Source: Myxococcota bacterium (GTDB taxonomy: Bacteria; Myxococcota_A; Polyangia; Polyangiales; Sandaracinaceae). Taken from it: 64,000 nt of DNA. This document shows, piece after piece, positions 22,219 through 31,515 of this stretch. A program made the position numbers and the translations under genes. The stretch covers positions 96,001-160,000 of the forward strand of contig JAYZQJ010000069.1 of the NCBI GenBank assembly GCA_036149055.1. Reading direction: 5' to 3'. The first letter of the stretch is position 1, and every line of letters starts with the position of its first letter. The notes under the pieces are model-generated. The model was given only the letters and a program-made list of their open reading frames with translations, was not told the DNA's origin and made no database searches.

Positions 22219-23051
22219 CGGGACGGCAGCTCCCGGCCGAGGGCGGCCACGACCTTCTGGAGATCTTCCCACACCGGCCGCTTCTGCTCGGGGCTCCGGA
22301 GCAGGTAGGCCGGGTGGTAGGTGGGCATCACGCGCACGCCGGCGAAGGTGCCCCAGCGGCCGCGCCACCCGCCGCCGCCGACCCCGAGGTTCTCGGCCGC
22401 GTGCCGGCCGAGGGCCACGATGACCTGGGGCTTCACCGCGTCGAGCTGGCCCTCGAGGAACCGCATGCACGCCGCCGCCTCGTCGGGGTTGGGCGTCCGG
22501 TTGTCCGGCGGCCGGCACTTCACGACGTTGCAGACGTAGATCTCGTCCTGCGAGAGGCCCATCGCGGCGATCATCTTGTCGAGGAGCTGGCCGGCGTTGC
22601 CGACGAACGGCAGCCCCTGCTGGTCCTCGTGGTAGCCGGGCCCCTCCCCGACGAAGGCCACCAGCGCGCCGTCGGGGTTGCCGCGGGCGAAGACGCTGCG
22701 GGTCCGCCCCTCGTGGAGCCGGCACGCGGTGCAGCTGGCCGCCTCTTCGGCCAGGACCGTCAGGCGCGTCCGCGCGTCGACGGGCGCCTCCTCTGCAGAC
22801 GGCGCGGGCGCCGCGGCGGGGGCCTGGGGGCGCTCGGGCGCCTCGGTCGCGACCGGGCGGGCGATCGGGCTGGCGATCGGGCCGGGCTCGGGAGTCGCAG
22901 CGGGGCTCGGGGGCGGGCTCGCCGCCTCGTCGGCGCGCTCGAGCGCGTCGAGCGCGACCTCGGGCAGGCCCCGGCTGCCGAGATCCATCTCCCAGCGCAG
23001 GTGCTCGGCCGTCAGCGCAGCCAGCTCCGCGAGATCCGAGTCCACGCCCAC
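22215..23051 (-). CDS. udg: Uracil-DNA glycosylase, family 4 (Fe-S)
   Basis: CTACRL, FVGEGPG..ED..GLPFVG, NVVKCRPPDNR, PTYHPAYLLR. Confidence 0.95.
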   Translation of the reverse strand: MGVDSDLAELAALTAEHLRWEMDLGSRGLPEVALDALERADEAASPPPSPAATPEPGPIASPIARPVATEAPERPQAPAAAPAPSAEEAPVDARTRLTVLAEEAASCTACRLHEGRTRSVFARGNPDGALVAFVGEGPGYHEDQQGLPFVGNAGQLLDKMIAAMGLSQDEIYVCNVVKCRPPDNRTPNPDEAAACMRFLEGQLDAVKPQVIVALGRHAAENLGVGGGGWRGRWGTFAGVRVMPTYHPAYLLRSPEQKRPVWEDLQKVVAALGRELPSR

Positions 23052-23057
23052 GGCCGC

Positions 23058-23086
23058 GGATTACACGGCGCCAGCGCCGCGTGCAA
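23058..23086 (-). promoter_or_regulatory. Putative promoter for a leaderless udg transcript
   Basis: Minus strand TTGCAC-17 nt-TAATCC ending 6 nt before GTG 23051. Confidence 0.4.
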
Positions 23087-23128
23087 CGGGTTGCGCGCCG
23101 CCGGCCGATCGGGCATCCCCTCCTCGCG

Positions 23129-23926
23129 ATGAGCGAAGTACCCACCCTGACCGTGGTGATGCCCGCCTACAACGAGCGGGCGACGATTCACGAGGCGCTG
23201 AAGCGCGTGCTGGCCAGCCCCGTGGACAGCCTCGAGATCGTCGTCGTGGACGACGGCTCGACCGACGGGACCCGCGAGCTCCTCACCCAGGGCCCCGCGC
23301 TCGACGAGCGCGTGCGGATCATCCTGCACGACGAGAACCGCGGCAAAGGCGCGGCCCTCCAGACGGGCTTCCGCGAGGCGCGTGGCCGCTTCGTCGTCGT
23401 GCAGGACGCCGATCTCGAGTACGACCCCAACGACTACCCGGCGCTGCTCGGCCCGCTCCTCGACGGTCACGCCGACGTCGTCTACGGCAGCCGCTTCGCC
23501 GGCGGGGGCGCGCACCGGGTCCTCTACTACTGGCACTCGGTCGCCAACCAGGCGCTGACCACGCTGTCGAACATGGTCACCGACCTGAACCTCACGGACA
23601 TGGAGACCTGCTACAAGGTCTTCCGCCGCGAGGTGCTCGACGAGCTCGTGCTCGAGGAGAGCCGCTTCGGCATCGAGCCCGAGATGACCGCGAAGATCGC
23701 CCAGCTCGGCGTCCGCGTGTACGAGGTGCCCATCAGCTATCACGGCCGGACCTACGCCGAGGGCAAGAAGATCGGCCTCAAGGACGCGTTCCGGGCGCTG
23801 TTCTGCATCGCCCGCTACGGGGTGCCCGCGCGGCTGCGCCGTCGCGAGCGTCCGTGGCGTCCGAGTGACGGCGGCGCATCGAACGCTTCCACCGCGGTGG
23901 GTGGGGGCGGTAAGCTCGTCCACTGA
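23129..23926 (+). CDS. GT2 glycosyltransferase (DPM1/polyprenol-phosphate glycosyltransferase-like)
   Basis: VVMPAYNE, VDDGSTDGT, NRGKGAA, QDADLEYDP, TDMETCYK, EGKKI. Confidence 0.93.
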   Translation: MSEVPTLTVVMPAYNERATIHEALKRVLASPVDSLEIVVVDDGSTDGTRELLTQGPALDERVRIILHDENRGKGAALQTGFREARGRFVVVQDADLEYDPNDYPALLGPLLDGHADVVYGSRFAGGGAHRVLYYWHSVANQALTTLSNMVTDLNLTDMETCYKVFRREVLDELVLEESRFGIEPEMTAKIAQLGVRVYEVPISYHGRTYAEGKKIGLKDAFRALFCIARYGVPARLRRRERPWRPSDGGASNASTAVGGGGKLVH

Positions 23927-23956
23927 ACGCCGTCCGGCCCGTCGACCAAGAAAGCG

Positions 23957-24005
23957 TTGACGGGCGTCGGCCGCGCGGGATAACTTTCTGCCCGAATTTT
24001 GGAGG
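23957..24005 (+). promoter_or_regulatory. Putative promoter and RBS of the PP2C phosphatase
   Basis: TTGACG-18 nt-TAACTT; GGAGG at 24001-24005. Confidence 0.5.
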
Positions 24006-24015
24006 GATACGGCTA

Positions 24016-24795
24016 GTGGCCTCGAGCGCACGCGTCCTCGTAGCCGGCGACACCAACGTCGGGATGAAGAGGACTCACAACGAGGACGCCTTCGAAGTCA
24101 TCGACGAGGAGAAGCTCTACCTCGTCGCGGACGGAATGGGTGGTCACGCCTCTGGTGAGGTGGCCTCCAAGATGGCGATCGACACTCTGCGTGAGTTCTT
24201 CAAGGCGACCAGCGCCGACCCAGAAGCGACCTGGCCATACAAGATGGACAAGTCGCGGGGGTACGAAGAGAATCGCCTCATCACGGGCATCAAGCTCGCC
24301 AACCTGCGCATCCACGAGAACGCGCAGCGCGAGCCGAAGCTCCGCGGCATGGGCACGACCGTCGTGTCGATCCTGGTGATCGACGAGGGCGTGCTCATCG
24401 CGCACGTCGGCGACAGCCGCGTCTACCGCATCCGTGATGGCAAGATGGAGCAGCTGACGGACGATCACTCCCTCCTCAACGACTACATCAAGATGAAGCG
24501 GCTCACGGAGGAGGAGATCGCCAACTTCCCGCACAAGAACGTCATCGTGCGGGCCCTGGGCATGAAGGAGACGGTCAAGGTGGACACCCGCCTCGACCAC
24601 CCCCAGCCCGGCGATCTCTACGTCCTCTGCTCGGACGGGCTCTGCGGCCCGGTGACCGACGAGGAGATCCACGAGCTCGCGAGCAGCACCAACGACCTCA
24701 AGCAGGGCGTGGCCAAGCTCATCGATCGCGCGAACCAGAACGGCGGCCCGGACAACGTGACCGTCGTGATGGCCAAGTGGATCGGCAAGGGCTGA
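24016..24795 (+). CDS. PP2C-family Ser/Thr phosphatase (Stp1/Pph1-like)
   Basis: KRTHNED, VADGMGGHASGEVAS, GMGTT, HVGDSRVY, CSDGL, GGPDNVT. Confidence 0.96.
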   Translation: MASSARVLVAGDTNVGMKRTHNEDAFEVIDEEKLYLVADGMGGHASGEVASKMAIDTLREFFKATSADPEATWPYKMDKSRGYEENRLITGIKLANLRIHENAQREPKLRGMGTTVVSILVIDEGVLIAHVGDSRVYRIRDGKMEQLTDDHSLLNDYIKMKRLTEEEIANFPHKNVIVRALGMKETVKVDTRLDHPQPGDLYVLCSDGLCGPVTDEEIHELASSTNDLKQGVAKLIDRANQNGGPDNVTVVMAKWIGKG

Positions 24796-24856
24796 CCCTC
24801 GGCGCTATGCTTCGGGGGCGATGCGCGCCCCCCACGAGATCCAGGGCTGACCCGAC

Positions 24857-25693
24857 GTGGAGCCGCGCTGGGGACACACCGAGCGGCTCGCGGCGGCGCT
24901 GATCGCGCGTCGCGACTTCGCCGACGCCGTCCGTCACCTGAACGCCGCCGGCATCCTGCCGATGCCCCTCAAGGGCGTGCTGCTCCAGCACATCGTCTAC
25001 CAGGACCCGGCCGACCGCCTGCTCTCCGACGCGGATCTGCTCGTCCCCCCCGGGCGCTTCGACGACGCGGTCGCCGCGCTGCGCGCCGCCGGCTACCGCA
25101 CCTGGCCGGAGGGACGCGCGGCCGTCTGCTCCAAGGGCCCCGACGCCCAGCTCGAGGTCGACCTGCACCGTCGGCTCTTCTCGCCGGGCCTCTACGGGCT
25201 GAGCGCCACCCAGCTCTTCGCGCGCGGCCGGATCGACGAGACGCTCGTCCAGGGCGTCGTGGTGGTGCCGGCCCCGCTCGACCTCTACGCGCACCTGGTC
25301 GGCAACTTCGCCAAGGGCCGCCACGAGGCGAGCCACGCGCCCCAGCTGCGCGATTTCTCGGCCGTCGCCAGCCGCTTCCGCCTCGCCCCGGAGCCGGTCG
25401 CCCGTCACCTGGAGCGCCACGGCCTCGCCCGCGCCGCTCGCTACTCCCTGACCATCGCCCACGGGGCCGAGGACGCCTTCGCCGGCGAGGTGCTCCGCCA
25501 CCTCCGCCCCGACCGGGTGGGCGAGCTGAGCGCGGCCGCCGCCCGCGGCCTGACCGGGCGCTGGGGAGGGGCCGCCCGGCTCAGCCTGATCGCCCCCCAC
25601 CTGGTGAACCGCACCCTCCCCCGCGGCGCGGCGAGCTGCGCCATGCACGTCGCCCTGGGCCTCAGATCCCGCATCGCGCGCCGCTGGGGATGA
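24857..25693 (+). CDS. Nucleotidyltransferase-family protein (NTP_transf_5-like)
   Basis: PLKGVLL..VYQDPADRLLSDADLLV, EVDLHRRL. Confidence 0.8.
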   Translation: MEPRWGHTERLAAALIARRDFADAVRHLNAAGILPMPLKGVLLQHIVYQDPADRLLSDADLLVPPGRFDDAVAALRAAGYRTWPEGRAAVCSKGPDAQLEVDLHRRLFSPGLYGLSATQLFARGRIDETLVQGVVVVPAPLDLYAHLVGNFAKGRHEASHAPQLRDFSAVASRFRLAPEPVARHLERHGLARAARYSLTIAHGAEDAFAGEVLRHLRPDRVGELSAAAARGLTGRWGGAARLSLIAPHLVNRTLPRGAASCAMHVALGLRSRIARRWG

Positions 25694-25792
25694 GGCGGTC
25701 GGTGGCGTGGCGAACCTGCCACCTGGGGAAAACAACCCCTCTTTGATCGGCCGCCGTCGGGCTCATTCCTCCGTCGAACCCCAACGGAGGAA
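25694..25792 (+). promoter_or_regulatory. Structured 5' leader with an RBS-sequestering hairpin
   Basis: Perfect 9-bp stem TTCCTCCGT (25766-25774) / ACGGAGGAA (25784-25792) covers GGAGG; a three-way junction is possible upstream. Confidence 0.45.
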
Positions 25793-25795
25793 CCG

Positions 25796-26077
25796 ATGAA
25801 GAAGACCCTCGGAATCTTGCTTGCGTCCATGGCGCTCACCCTCGGCTGCTCGAACGAGATCGGCGAGCTGCTCGAGTGCGCCCAGGTCTGCGAGAGCTAC
25901 GACGACTGCGTGATGGACAGCTACGACCAGACGGCCTGCACGGACGCCTGCGAGAGCTACGCGGACGTCAGCGACGCCAACGAGGCGCAGGTCTTCGACT
26001 GCGACGACTGCCTGAACGAGCTGGAGTGCAGCCCCGACTGCAACGCCCGCTGCGACGGCATCATCCCGGCGTTCTGA
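25796..26077 (+). CDS. Small acidic Cys-rich lipoprotein
   Basis: MKK-hydrophobic-LTLGC lipobox; 10 further Cys in CxxxC/CxxC spacing. Confidence 0.88.
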   Translation: MKKTLGILLASMALTLGCSNEIGELLECAQVCESYDDCVMDSYDQTACTDACESYADVSDANEAQVFDCDDCLNELECSPDCNARCDGIIPAF

Positions 26078-26141
26078 GGGGCGCTGCGAAACCCTCTCCT
26101 TCCCGGGCCGATGCGGGTGCTACTTTGGCCCGGGAGGGAGA

Positions 26142-28112
26142 ATGTACGTACGAGTTCTTTGCACGATCGCTGCCCTGCACCTGCTGGCTGCGTGCGGTGG
26201 AGATGGTGTTCCGCTGGACGGCTCTACCCGCGATGCTGGGGAGGGAGACACCGGCCCCGGCACCGTCACTTGCGAACGAGACCGCGACTGCGATGACATG
26301 CAGTTCTGCAACGGCCGAGAGGTCTGCAGACCTGCCGACATGGCCGCCGACGCACGTGGGTGCGTTTCCCAAGGGAATCCGTGCCTCGCCGATCAGTCTT
26401 GCAACGAAGTGATGGGTCGATGCGAGAGTGATTGCGACAGCGATCCCGACGCGGATGGTGACGGGTACGCCGCGGCGAACTGCGGCGGCGTGGACTGCGA
26501 CGACTCGGACGGAGCGATCCACCCCGGCAGGACGGAGGTTTGTGATGACCTCGGCGTCGACGAGGACTGCGATCCCAGCACGCTGAGCGGCCCTGCCGAG
26601 ACGGACGTCGACTCGGACGGCTACGTCTCGGTGTCGTGCTGCAACCGCCAACCGACCGGCGCCGTTCGTTGTGGACTCGACTGCGACGACGAGCAGCGCG
26701 CTGCAAACCCCGCCCAACCTGAGACCTGCGACGAAATCGACAACGACTGCGACGACGCGGTCGATGAGCGCGTGCGAAACACGTTCTACCGGGACGCCGA
26801 CGGTGACCTGTACGGTGACGACGGCGATACGGTCGAAGCGTGCATGCAGCCCAGCGGCTACACCGCCAACGGTGGAGACTGCGACGACTCGCGATCGAGC
26901 GCCAACCCCGGTGGAATGGAGACGTGTGATGGGCTCGACGAGGACTGCGATACCCGAGTCGATGAAGAGGTGAGCCCCCGCCCCGACACGGCGGAGCACT
27001 GTGGCGGGTGCGGACTGGTCTGCCCCGCCGGATATCTCTGCGCGGGGACCGAGTGTGTGGATGAGCCCGTCAGGCTCACCGCAGGCTCCACCTCGACGTG
27101 CGCGCTGACCGCGGCCGGGGATGTGTATTGCTGGGGCGGCAACCGTGAAGGAGAGGTCGGTACCGGGAGCTCGGTCGCGGTCGTCCCGATACCGACCCGC
27201 GTGACCTTGCCCGCACCCGCCTTGGACGTCGCCATCATCAGTAAGTCCACGGACTTCTCCATGGACGCCTACGAGGTGGTGACCTGCGCGGCGCTGACGG
27301 ATGGAAGCCTCTGGTGCTGGGGAACTGGGCTCGGCTCGAGCCCAGTGGCTTCGGCCTTCTCTGCGCTGCCCAGCGGAACCAACGCTCTCGCCGGAGCCGT
27401 AGTCTCGGAGCCGACCCTGTACGCGCTGACGATGGCCGGAAGCGTGTCGCTACACGAACGGACCGGCTCGAGTTGGGTCATGACCGCAATCGGTCCGGCA
27501 GCCGCGGTCACCGGTCTCTGTGGACGACGCTCCGGAGGCACCATGGCATGCCAGGGCCCGAGCGGAGGCGTGGTGACCTACCCGGAGGTGGACGGGGGCA
27601 CGCTCCAGTCTGCTTCGGAGAGCAGCTGCGCGACGCGCGCCGACGGCGCTCTCTTCTGCTGGGGCCGAAACGGGCGAAACCAGGTCGGGCCGGGCGCTGG
27701 TGTGATCTCGACGCCCACCCGGATCAGTGGTCTGCCTGCCCTGCCCCTGACGAGCGTGAGCACCCGGAGCGAATACCTGTTCTTCGGAATCGGCCGCCCC
27801 CCAGGGGAGAGCGGCCATACGTGTGTGACCGTCAACGACGGTCGCGCGTATTGCTGGGGGGCCAACTCGCGGGGTGAGCTCGGCGTGGGGGGAGCGTCGG
27901 CGCCGTCAGCCACTCCGGCGCGCGTCGCGACCACGCAACGCTTCACCGCGGTCGAAGTAGGCCTGTTTCACACATGCGCCCTGAGCGACACGAGCGAAGT
28001 CTGGTGCTGGGGCGCCAACGACGGACGCCTCGGCACCGCTGATGTCTCCGATGCCCATGCGCCGGTCCGCCTGCCCGGGTTCCCGGTTCGCGTTCCGCCG
28101 ACCGGTCCCTGA
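26142..28112 (+). CDS. Lipoprotein with MopE-like metal-binding repeats and RCC1-like propeller
   Basis: LLAAC lipobox; three DCDD..xPG/A..ExCD..DxDCD repeats; RCC1-like HTC...YCWGxN..GELG repeats. Confidence 0.88.
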   Translation: MYVRVLCTIAALHLLAACGGDGVPLDGSTRDAGEGDTGPGTVTCERDRDCDDMQFCNGREVCRPADMAADARGCVSQGNPCLADQSCNEVMGRCESDCDSDPDADGDGYAAANCGGVDCDDSDGAIHPGRTEVCDDLGVDEDCDPSTLSGPAETDVDSDGYVSVSCCNRQPTGAVRCGLDCDDEQRAANPAQPETCDEIDNDCDDAVDERVRNTFYRDADGDLYGDDGDTVEACMQPSGYTANGGDCDDSRSSANPGGMETCDGLDEDCDTRVDEEVSPRPDTAEHCGGCGLVCPAGYLCAGTECVDEPVRLTAGSTSTCALTAAGDVYCWGGNREGEVGTGSSVAVVPIPTRVTLPAPALDVAIISKSTDFSMDAYEVVTCAALTDGSLWCWGTGLGSSPVASAFSALPSGTNALAGAVVSEPTLYALTMAGSVSLHERTGSSWVMTAIGPAAAVTGLCGRRSGGTMACQGPSGGVVTYPEVDGGTLQSASESSCATRADGALFCWGRNGRNQVGPGAGVISTPTRISGLPALPLTSVSTRSEYLFFGIGRPPGESGHTCVTVNDGRAYCWGANSRGELGVGGASAPSATPARVATTQRFTAVEVGLFHTCALSDTSEVWCWGANDGRLGTADVSDAHAPVRLPGFPVRVPPTGP

Positions 28113-28125
28113 GTCGCCGGCTGGT

Positions 28126-28171
28126 CGTCGACGCACCTCGAGCGCAAGACAACAAACGGGGTGCGTCGACG
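28126..28171. terminator. Hairpin between convergent lipoprotein genes (bidirectional terminator candidate)
   Basis: CGTCGACGCACCTCG / CGGGGTGCGTCGACG: 15-bp stem with one G-U pair and a 16-nt A-rich loop. Confidence 0.6.
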
Positions 28172-28177
28172 GCGCAC

Positions 28178-30064
28178 TCAGATGAGCGGGTTGATCGCCT
28201 CGAGGTCCAGGCCGCCCGGGTACATGTAGCTCGTGTACGAGCCGAACCCGTAGACGACGATGCCGAAGGCGTTGTCGCCCGAGATGGTGTGTTGGCCCGC
28301 ACCAATCGGCACCTGCACCGTCCCGTAGCCGGTCGAGCCGATGGGCATGAAGCCGCTCACCGGCGAGCCGTCCAGCGTGATGGTCGAGCCGCTCGGCGCC
28401 GTCACGCTGACGAAGTTCGTCGGGTACGAGCTCGGGGCGAGGAACGTATACTCGGTCCGGTACTGCTCGGTGGGAATCGCGAGCGAGAAGGCCGGGTCGC
28501 CCTCCCCCATGTCCCCGGCCATGCCATATCCCGCGTAGTCCTGGCCCACGAGGTACTGCCCGACGAGGATCGGCCCGGTGCCGGTGACGCGAAAGCTCTG
28601 GCTCGCCTCGAACTCCATGTACTCGCCCCGGTTGAGGGTGCGGCCGGACGCGACCGACGGGGGATCGAAGGTGATGGCGTTGCCGTCGGCGCCCGAGAGC
28701 ACGCGCACGATGTTCGGCTCGGTGCGCCCCATCGGCGGCTGCGTCTTGGCGACGATGGCCTCCTCGTCCCATGCGTCCTGCGGGAACATCGCCTCCTCGA
28801 GGTGATCGCAGGCCCAGCGGTTGTAGGGGACGAACGCGCAGTTGTGCCCGCCGATGACCTGGACCGGGCCGGTGGCGCGGATCTCGGTCCCCGTCAGGTC
28901 GTACTGGTCTCCCACCGTGCAGTAGTCGATCGTGACGGTCGTGGGTGGAAAGAACGGGATCGGCGAGGGGATCTCGAGAGTCTCGCTATCGCCCACCGTG
29001 CAGCTCGACGGCGCGCCGCCGACCAGCTGGAGCACGTCGCCCTGGTTCAGGGTGTAGGTGGCCGAGCTGCCGGTGCCCTGGGCCGAGACGCCGGGGCCCG
29101 CGACGACGTCGCCGCGAAACTGCACGGTCACCTGCACGGGCGTCTCGCTGACGCCGACGATGGTGGCGAAGCCCGGGGAGGAGCTCTCCGAGCCGTCCTG
29201 GCGGAGCATGAGCGTCGGGCGAGAGAGGATGGTGTAGTTGCCCGTCATCACGTGAGCGGGCAGCAGCAGCGACGCGTCGTTCGAGAAGCTGTACTCGCCG
29301 CCCTGCTCGTACTCGAGCGGGGTGAACTGGTAGACGGTCACCGGCACGTTCGACTGGAGCCGGTAGGAGCCGCCCGACAGCAGGATCGACTGCTCCTCAC
29401 CGATGGTGCCCTTGAGCTCGTTGACCCAGGGGATCGGGATGGTCTCGGTCGCGCCGGCCGCCACCGTGCGCGTCTCCATGACCGAGCCGCCGCGCGAGAG
29501 CGTCACCGTGGCCGGCATCGTCTGCGGGTTCGCCACCACGACCGCGGGGCTGAAGGTCGCGTCGACCTGCGAGTTGAGGGTGGTGACCGGCCAGTACTCG
29601 CAGCCGATGTAGCTGTTGGAGCGGGCCGCGTCGTCGCAGAGGCTCGTGCAGGCGCCGATCGTGGAGTTGCACATCTGGCCGGCCGCCGCGTCACAGGCCA
29701 TGAACGGCTCGTAGCCCGTGCCCGCCTCGTTGCAGCGGGTGACGTCGTTGCCGTCGCAGTTGAAGCTGCCGGGGCGGCACGTCGCGCAGCCCACCGCCTG
29801 CACGCAGACCTGGCCCATGTCGGTGCACATGGTGCGGCCGGTCTCGCTGCCGTCCGCGGCGCACCCGATGGCGGTGTTGCCCATGCAGACGAAGCTCGGC
29901 CCTCCGGCGGTGCAGCCGGTGGGCGGCGGCGGCGTCTCGCCGTCCCCGAGCACGCCGCTGTCACGGAGCGCCGGAGGCGTCCGCGCGTCGCAGCCGACGG
30001 TGGCCAGCGTGGCCACGATGGAGAGGGCCAGCAGGCCCGAGAAGGTCAAGCTCGTACGCATCAT
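28178..30064 (-). CDS. IgGFc-binding-domain lipoprotein with Cys-rich N-terminus
   Basis: TVGC lipobox; SYIGCEYWP, FSNDASLLLP, CDHLEEAMFP, GDPAF, QYRTEYTF, YGFGSYTSYMYPGGLDL. Confidence 0.88.
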   Translation of the reverse strand: MMRTSLTFSGLLALSIVATLATVGCDARTPPALRDSGVLGDGETPPPPTGCTAGGPSFVCMGNTAIGCAADGSETGRTMCTDMGQVCVQAVGCATCRPGSFNCDGNDVTRCNEAGTGYEPFMACDAAAGQMCNSTIGACTSLCDDAARSNSYIGCEYWPVTTLNSQVDATFSPAVVVANPQTMPATVTLSRGGSVMETRTVAAGATETIPIPWVNELKGTIGEEQSILLSGGSYRLQSNVPVTVYQFTPLEYEQGGEYSFSNDASLLLPAHVMTGNYTILSRPTLMLRQDGSESSSPGFATIVGVSETPVQVTVQFRGDVVAGPGVSAQGTGSSATYTLNQGDVLQLVGGAPSSCTVGDSETLEIPSPIPFFPPTTVTIDYCTVGDQYDLTGTEIRATGPVQVIGGHNCAFVPYNRWACDHLEEAMFPQDAWDEEAIVAKTQPPMGRTEPNIVRVLSGADGNAITFDPPSVASGRTLNRGEYMEFEASQSFRVTGTGPILVGQYLVGQDYAGYGMAGDMGEGDPAFSLAIPTEQYRTEYTFLAPSSYPTNFVSVTAPSGSTITLDGSPVSGFMPIGSTGYGTVQVPIGAGQHTISGDNAFGIVVYGFGSYTSYMYPGGLDLEAINPLI

Positions 30065-30222
30065 TCGATTGCTCCCACCACGTGCGCGGCGCGAACGAGC
30101 CTCCCCCACCAGTGGCCGCGGCCACCCCGGGACGCCCCCGCGAGCGCGTCAACCGCGAATAGATGACGGATCTCGGCCCCGATGTCGAGGGTGGCCGTCA
30201 CCGGACGGACACGAGCGGAGCG

Positions 30223-31515
30223 CTACCCGCGGGGCCGAGCCCCGGCGGCGTCGAAGGCCTCGGCGAGGGCCCGCGCCTCGACGATGTTGTCCTCGATGGA
30301 GCAGTAGGTCCACGAGCCGTAGCGGCCGGTCGAGTAGACCCCGCGGGTCGCGAGCGCGGCCTTCAGGCGCGTCACCTCGGCGATGGAGCGCTTGGTGATG
30401 TGCACGTAGGCGGGGTCGAGCACCACCGAGTGGCTGCTGACCAGCTGATGGCCGTCGACCACGCCGCACTTCGCGAGGTCGGCGAGCACCTGCGCCTTGG
30501 CGCGCGCGACCTCGGCCTCATCGATGACGCTGCCGTGGGGGTAGCCGATCTCGACGTACATGCTCATCCGGTCGGTGCCGAAGATGTTGTCGTAGAAGCC
30601 GAGCCGGTAGAAGCAGAGCTCGCGCTGCGGGTAGTAGATCCAGTGCACCCCCTCGGGGCCCTTGCGATCGAAGCCGAGGTTGAAGACCAGCACCTGGTTC
30701 CAGGTGAACGCCTCGGTGTCGTGCGCGATCCCGGTCATGCCGAGCAGCTTCGGCAGCGGCGCGCTCGAGATCAGCGCCTCGAAGCGAATGGTCCGCCCCT
30801 TCGACGTGGTCGCCGTCTTGGCCTCGAGATCGATCCGCTCGACCCGCTCCCGGAGCGAGAGGCGCCCCTCGTCGACGCCCTGCATCAGCGCGTGCACGTA
30901 CTGGATCGCGCCGCCCTCCGGGTAGGTGAACGACGCGTTGTAGGAGGCGTTGTCGCTCGCGCGGAAGTTGCGGATCACCTCGTCGATGTCGGCGTAGGGG
31001 AAGAAGCGCCCCATCGCGTCGACGTCGAGGGTGGAGAGATCCGTCGCGTAGAGCTTCTCGTTGTAGGGGACGAGGAACATCTCGGCGATGGACCGGCCGA
31101 ACTTGGCGTAGAGCATCTCCTGGAAGCTCGTCGCCGGCGCGTCCTCCCGGAAGTAGAGGTCGTGCAGCGCCGCCGCGAAGTCCTCCTTGGGGAGCTGGTG
31201 GATGTTCTTCTGGAACGGGAAGTCGACGTGGTCGCCCTTCCAGTGGATCAGCGAGCGCTTCTCCACCTCGAGCACCCGCTGGCCCTTCATCCGGTCGACC
31301 AGGTAGCGCTCGATCTCGGGGTGCCGGAAGTGGAAGAAGTGCCCCGAGTAGTCCCACACGAAGCCGTCCTGCTGGACGGTCTTGCAGTAGCCCCCGATCT
31401 CGGCGTCGGCCTCGCAGATCAGGTAGTCGTCCGACTTCACCCAGTCGGCGAACGTCAGCCCGCTGATCCCGGCGCCGACGATCAGGTACCGCGTCTCGAC
31501 CACCTCGTCGCTCAT
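30223..31515 (-). CDS. FAD-dependent oxidoreductase (protoporphyrinogen-oxidase/UDP-Galp-mutase-like, LPS-associated)
   Basis: [15 protein letters not shown]...[26 protein letters not shown] 31515 coupled to wbpB stop. Confidence 0.85.
   Translation of the reverse strand: MSDEVVETRYLIVGAGISGLTFADWVKSDDYLICEADAEIGGYCKTVQQDGFVWDYSGHFFHFRHPEIERYLVDRMKGQRVLEVEKRSLIHWKGDHVDFPFQKNIHQLPKEDFAAALHDLYFREDAPATSFQEMLYAKFGRSIAEMFLVPYNEKLYATDLSTLDVDAMGRFFPYADIDEVIRNFRASDNASYNASFTYPEGGAIQYVHALMQGVDEGRLSLRERVERIDLEAKTATTSKGRTIRFEALISSAPLPKLLGMTGIAHDTEAFTWNQVLVFNLGFDRKGPEGVHWIYYPQRELCFYRLGFYDNIFGTDRMSMYVEIGYPHGSVIDEAEVARAKAQVLADLAKCGVVDGHQLVSSHSVVLDPAYVHITKRSIAEVTRLKAALATRGVYSTGRYGSWTYCSIEDNIVEARALAEAFDAAGARPRG

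Noticed and set aside
24821..24856. ATG...TGA in frame with the nucleotidyltransferase (possible Sec or readthrough)
   Set aside because: The TGA is not at a catalytic or Cys-like position and no SECIS-like hairpin is evident; GTG 24857 is an adequate start.
26440..26960. Repeated GACTGCGACGAC units as a CRISPR or DNA repeat array
   Set aside because: They encode the DCDD protein repeats, are irregularly spaced, and no cas genes are present.
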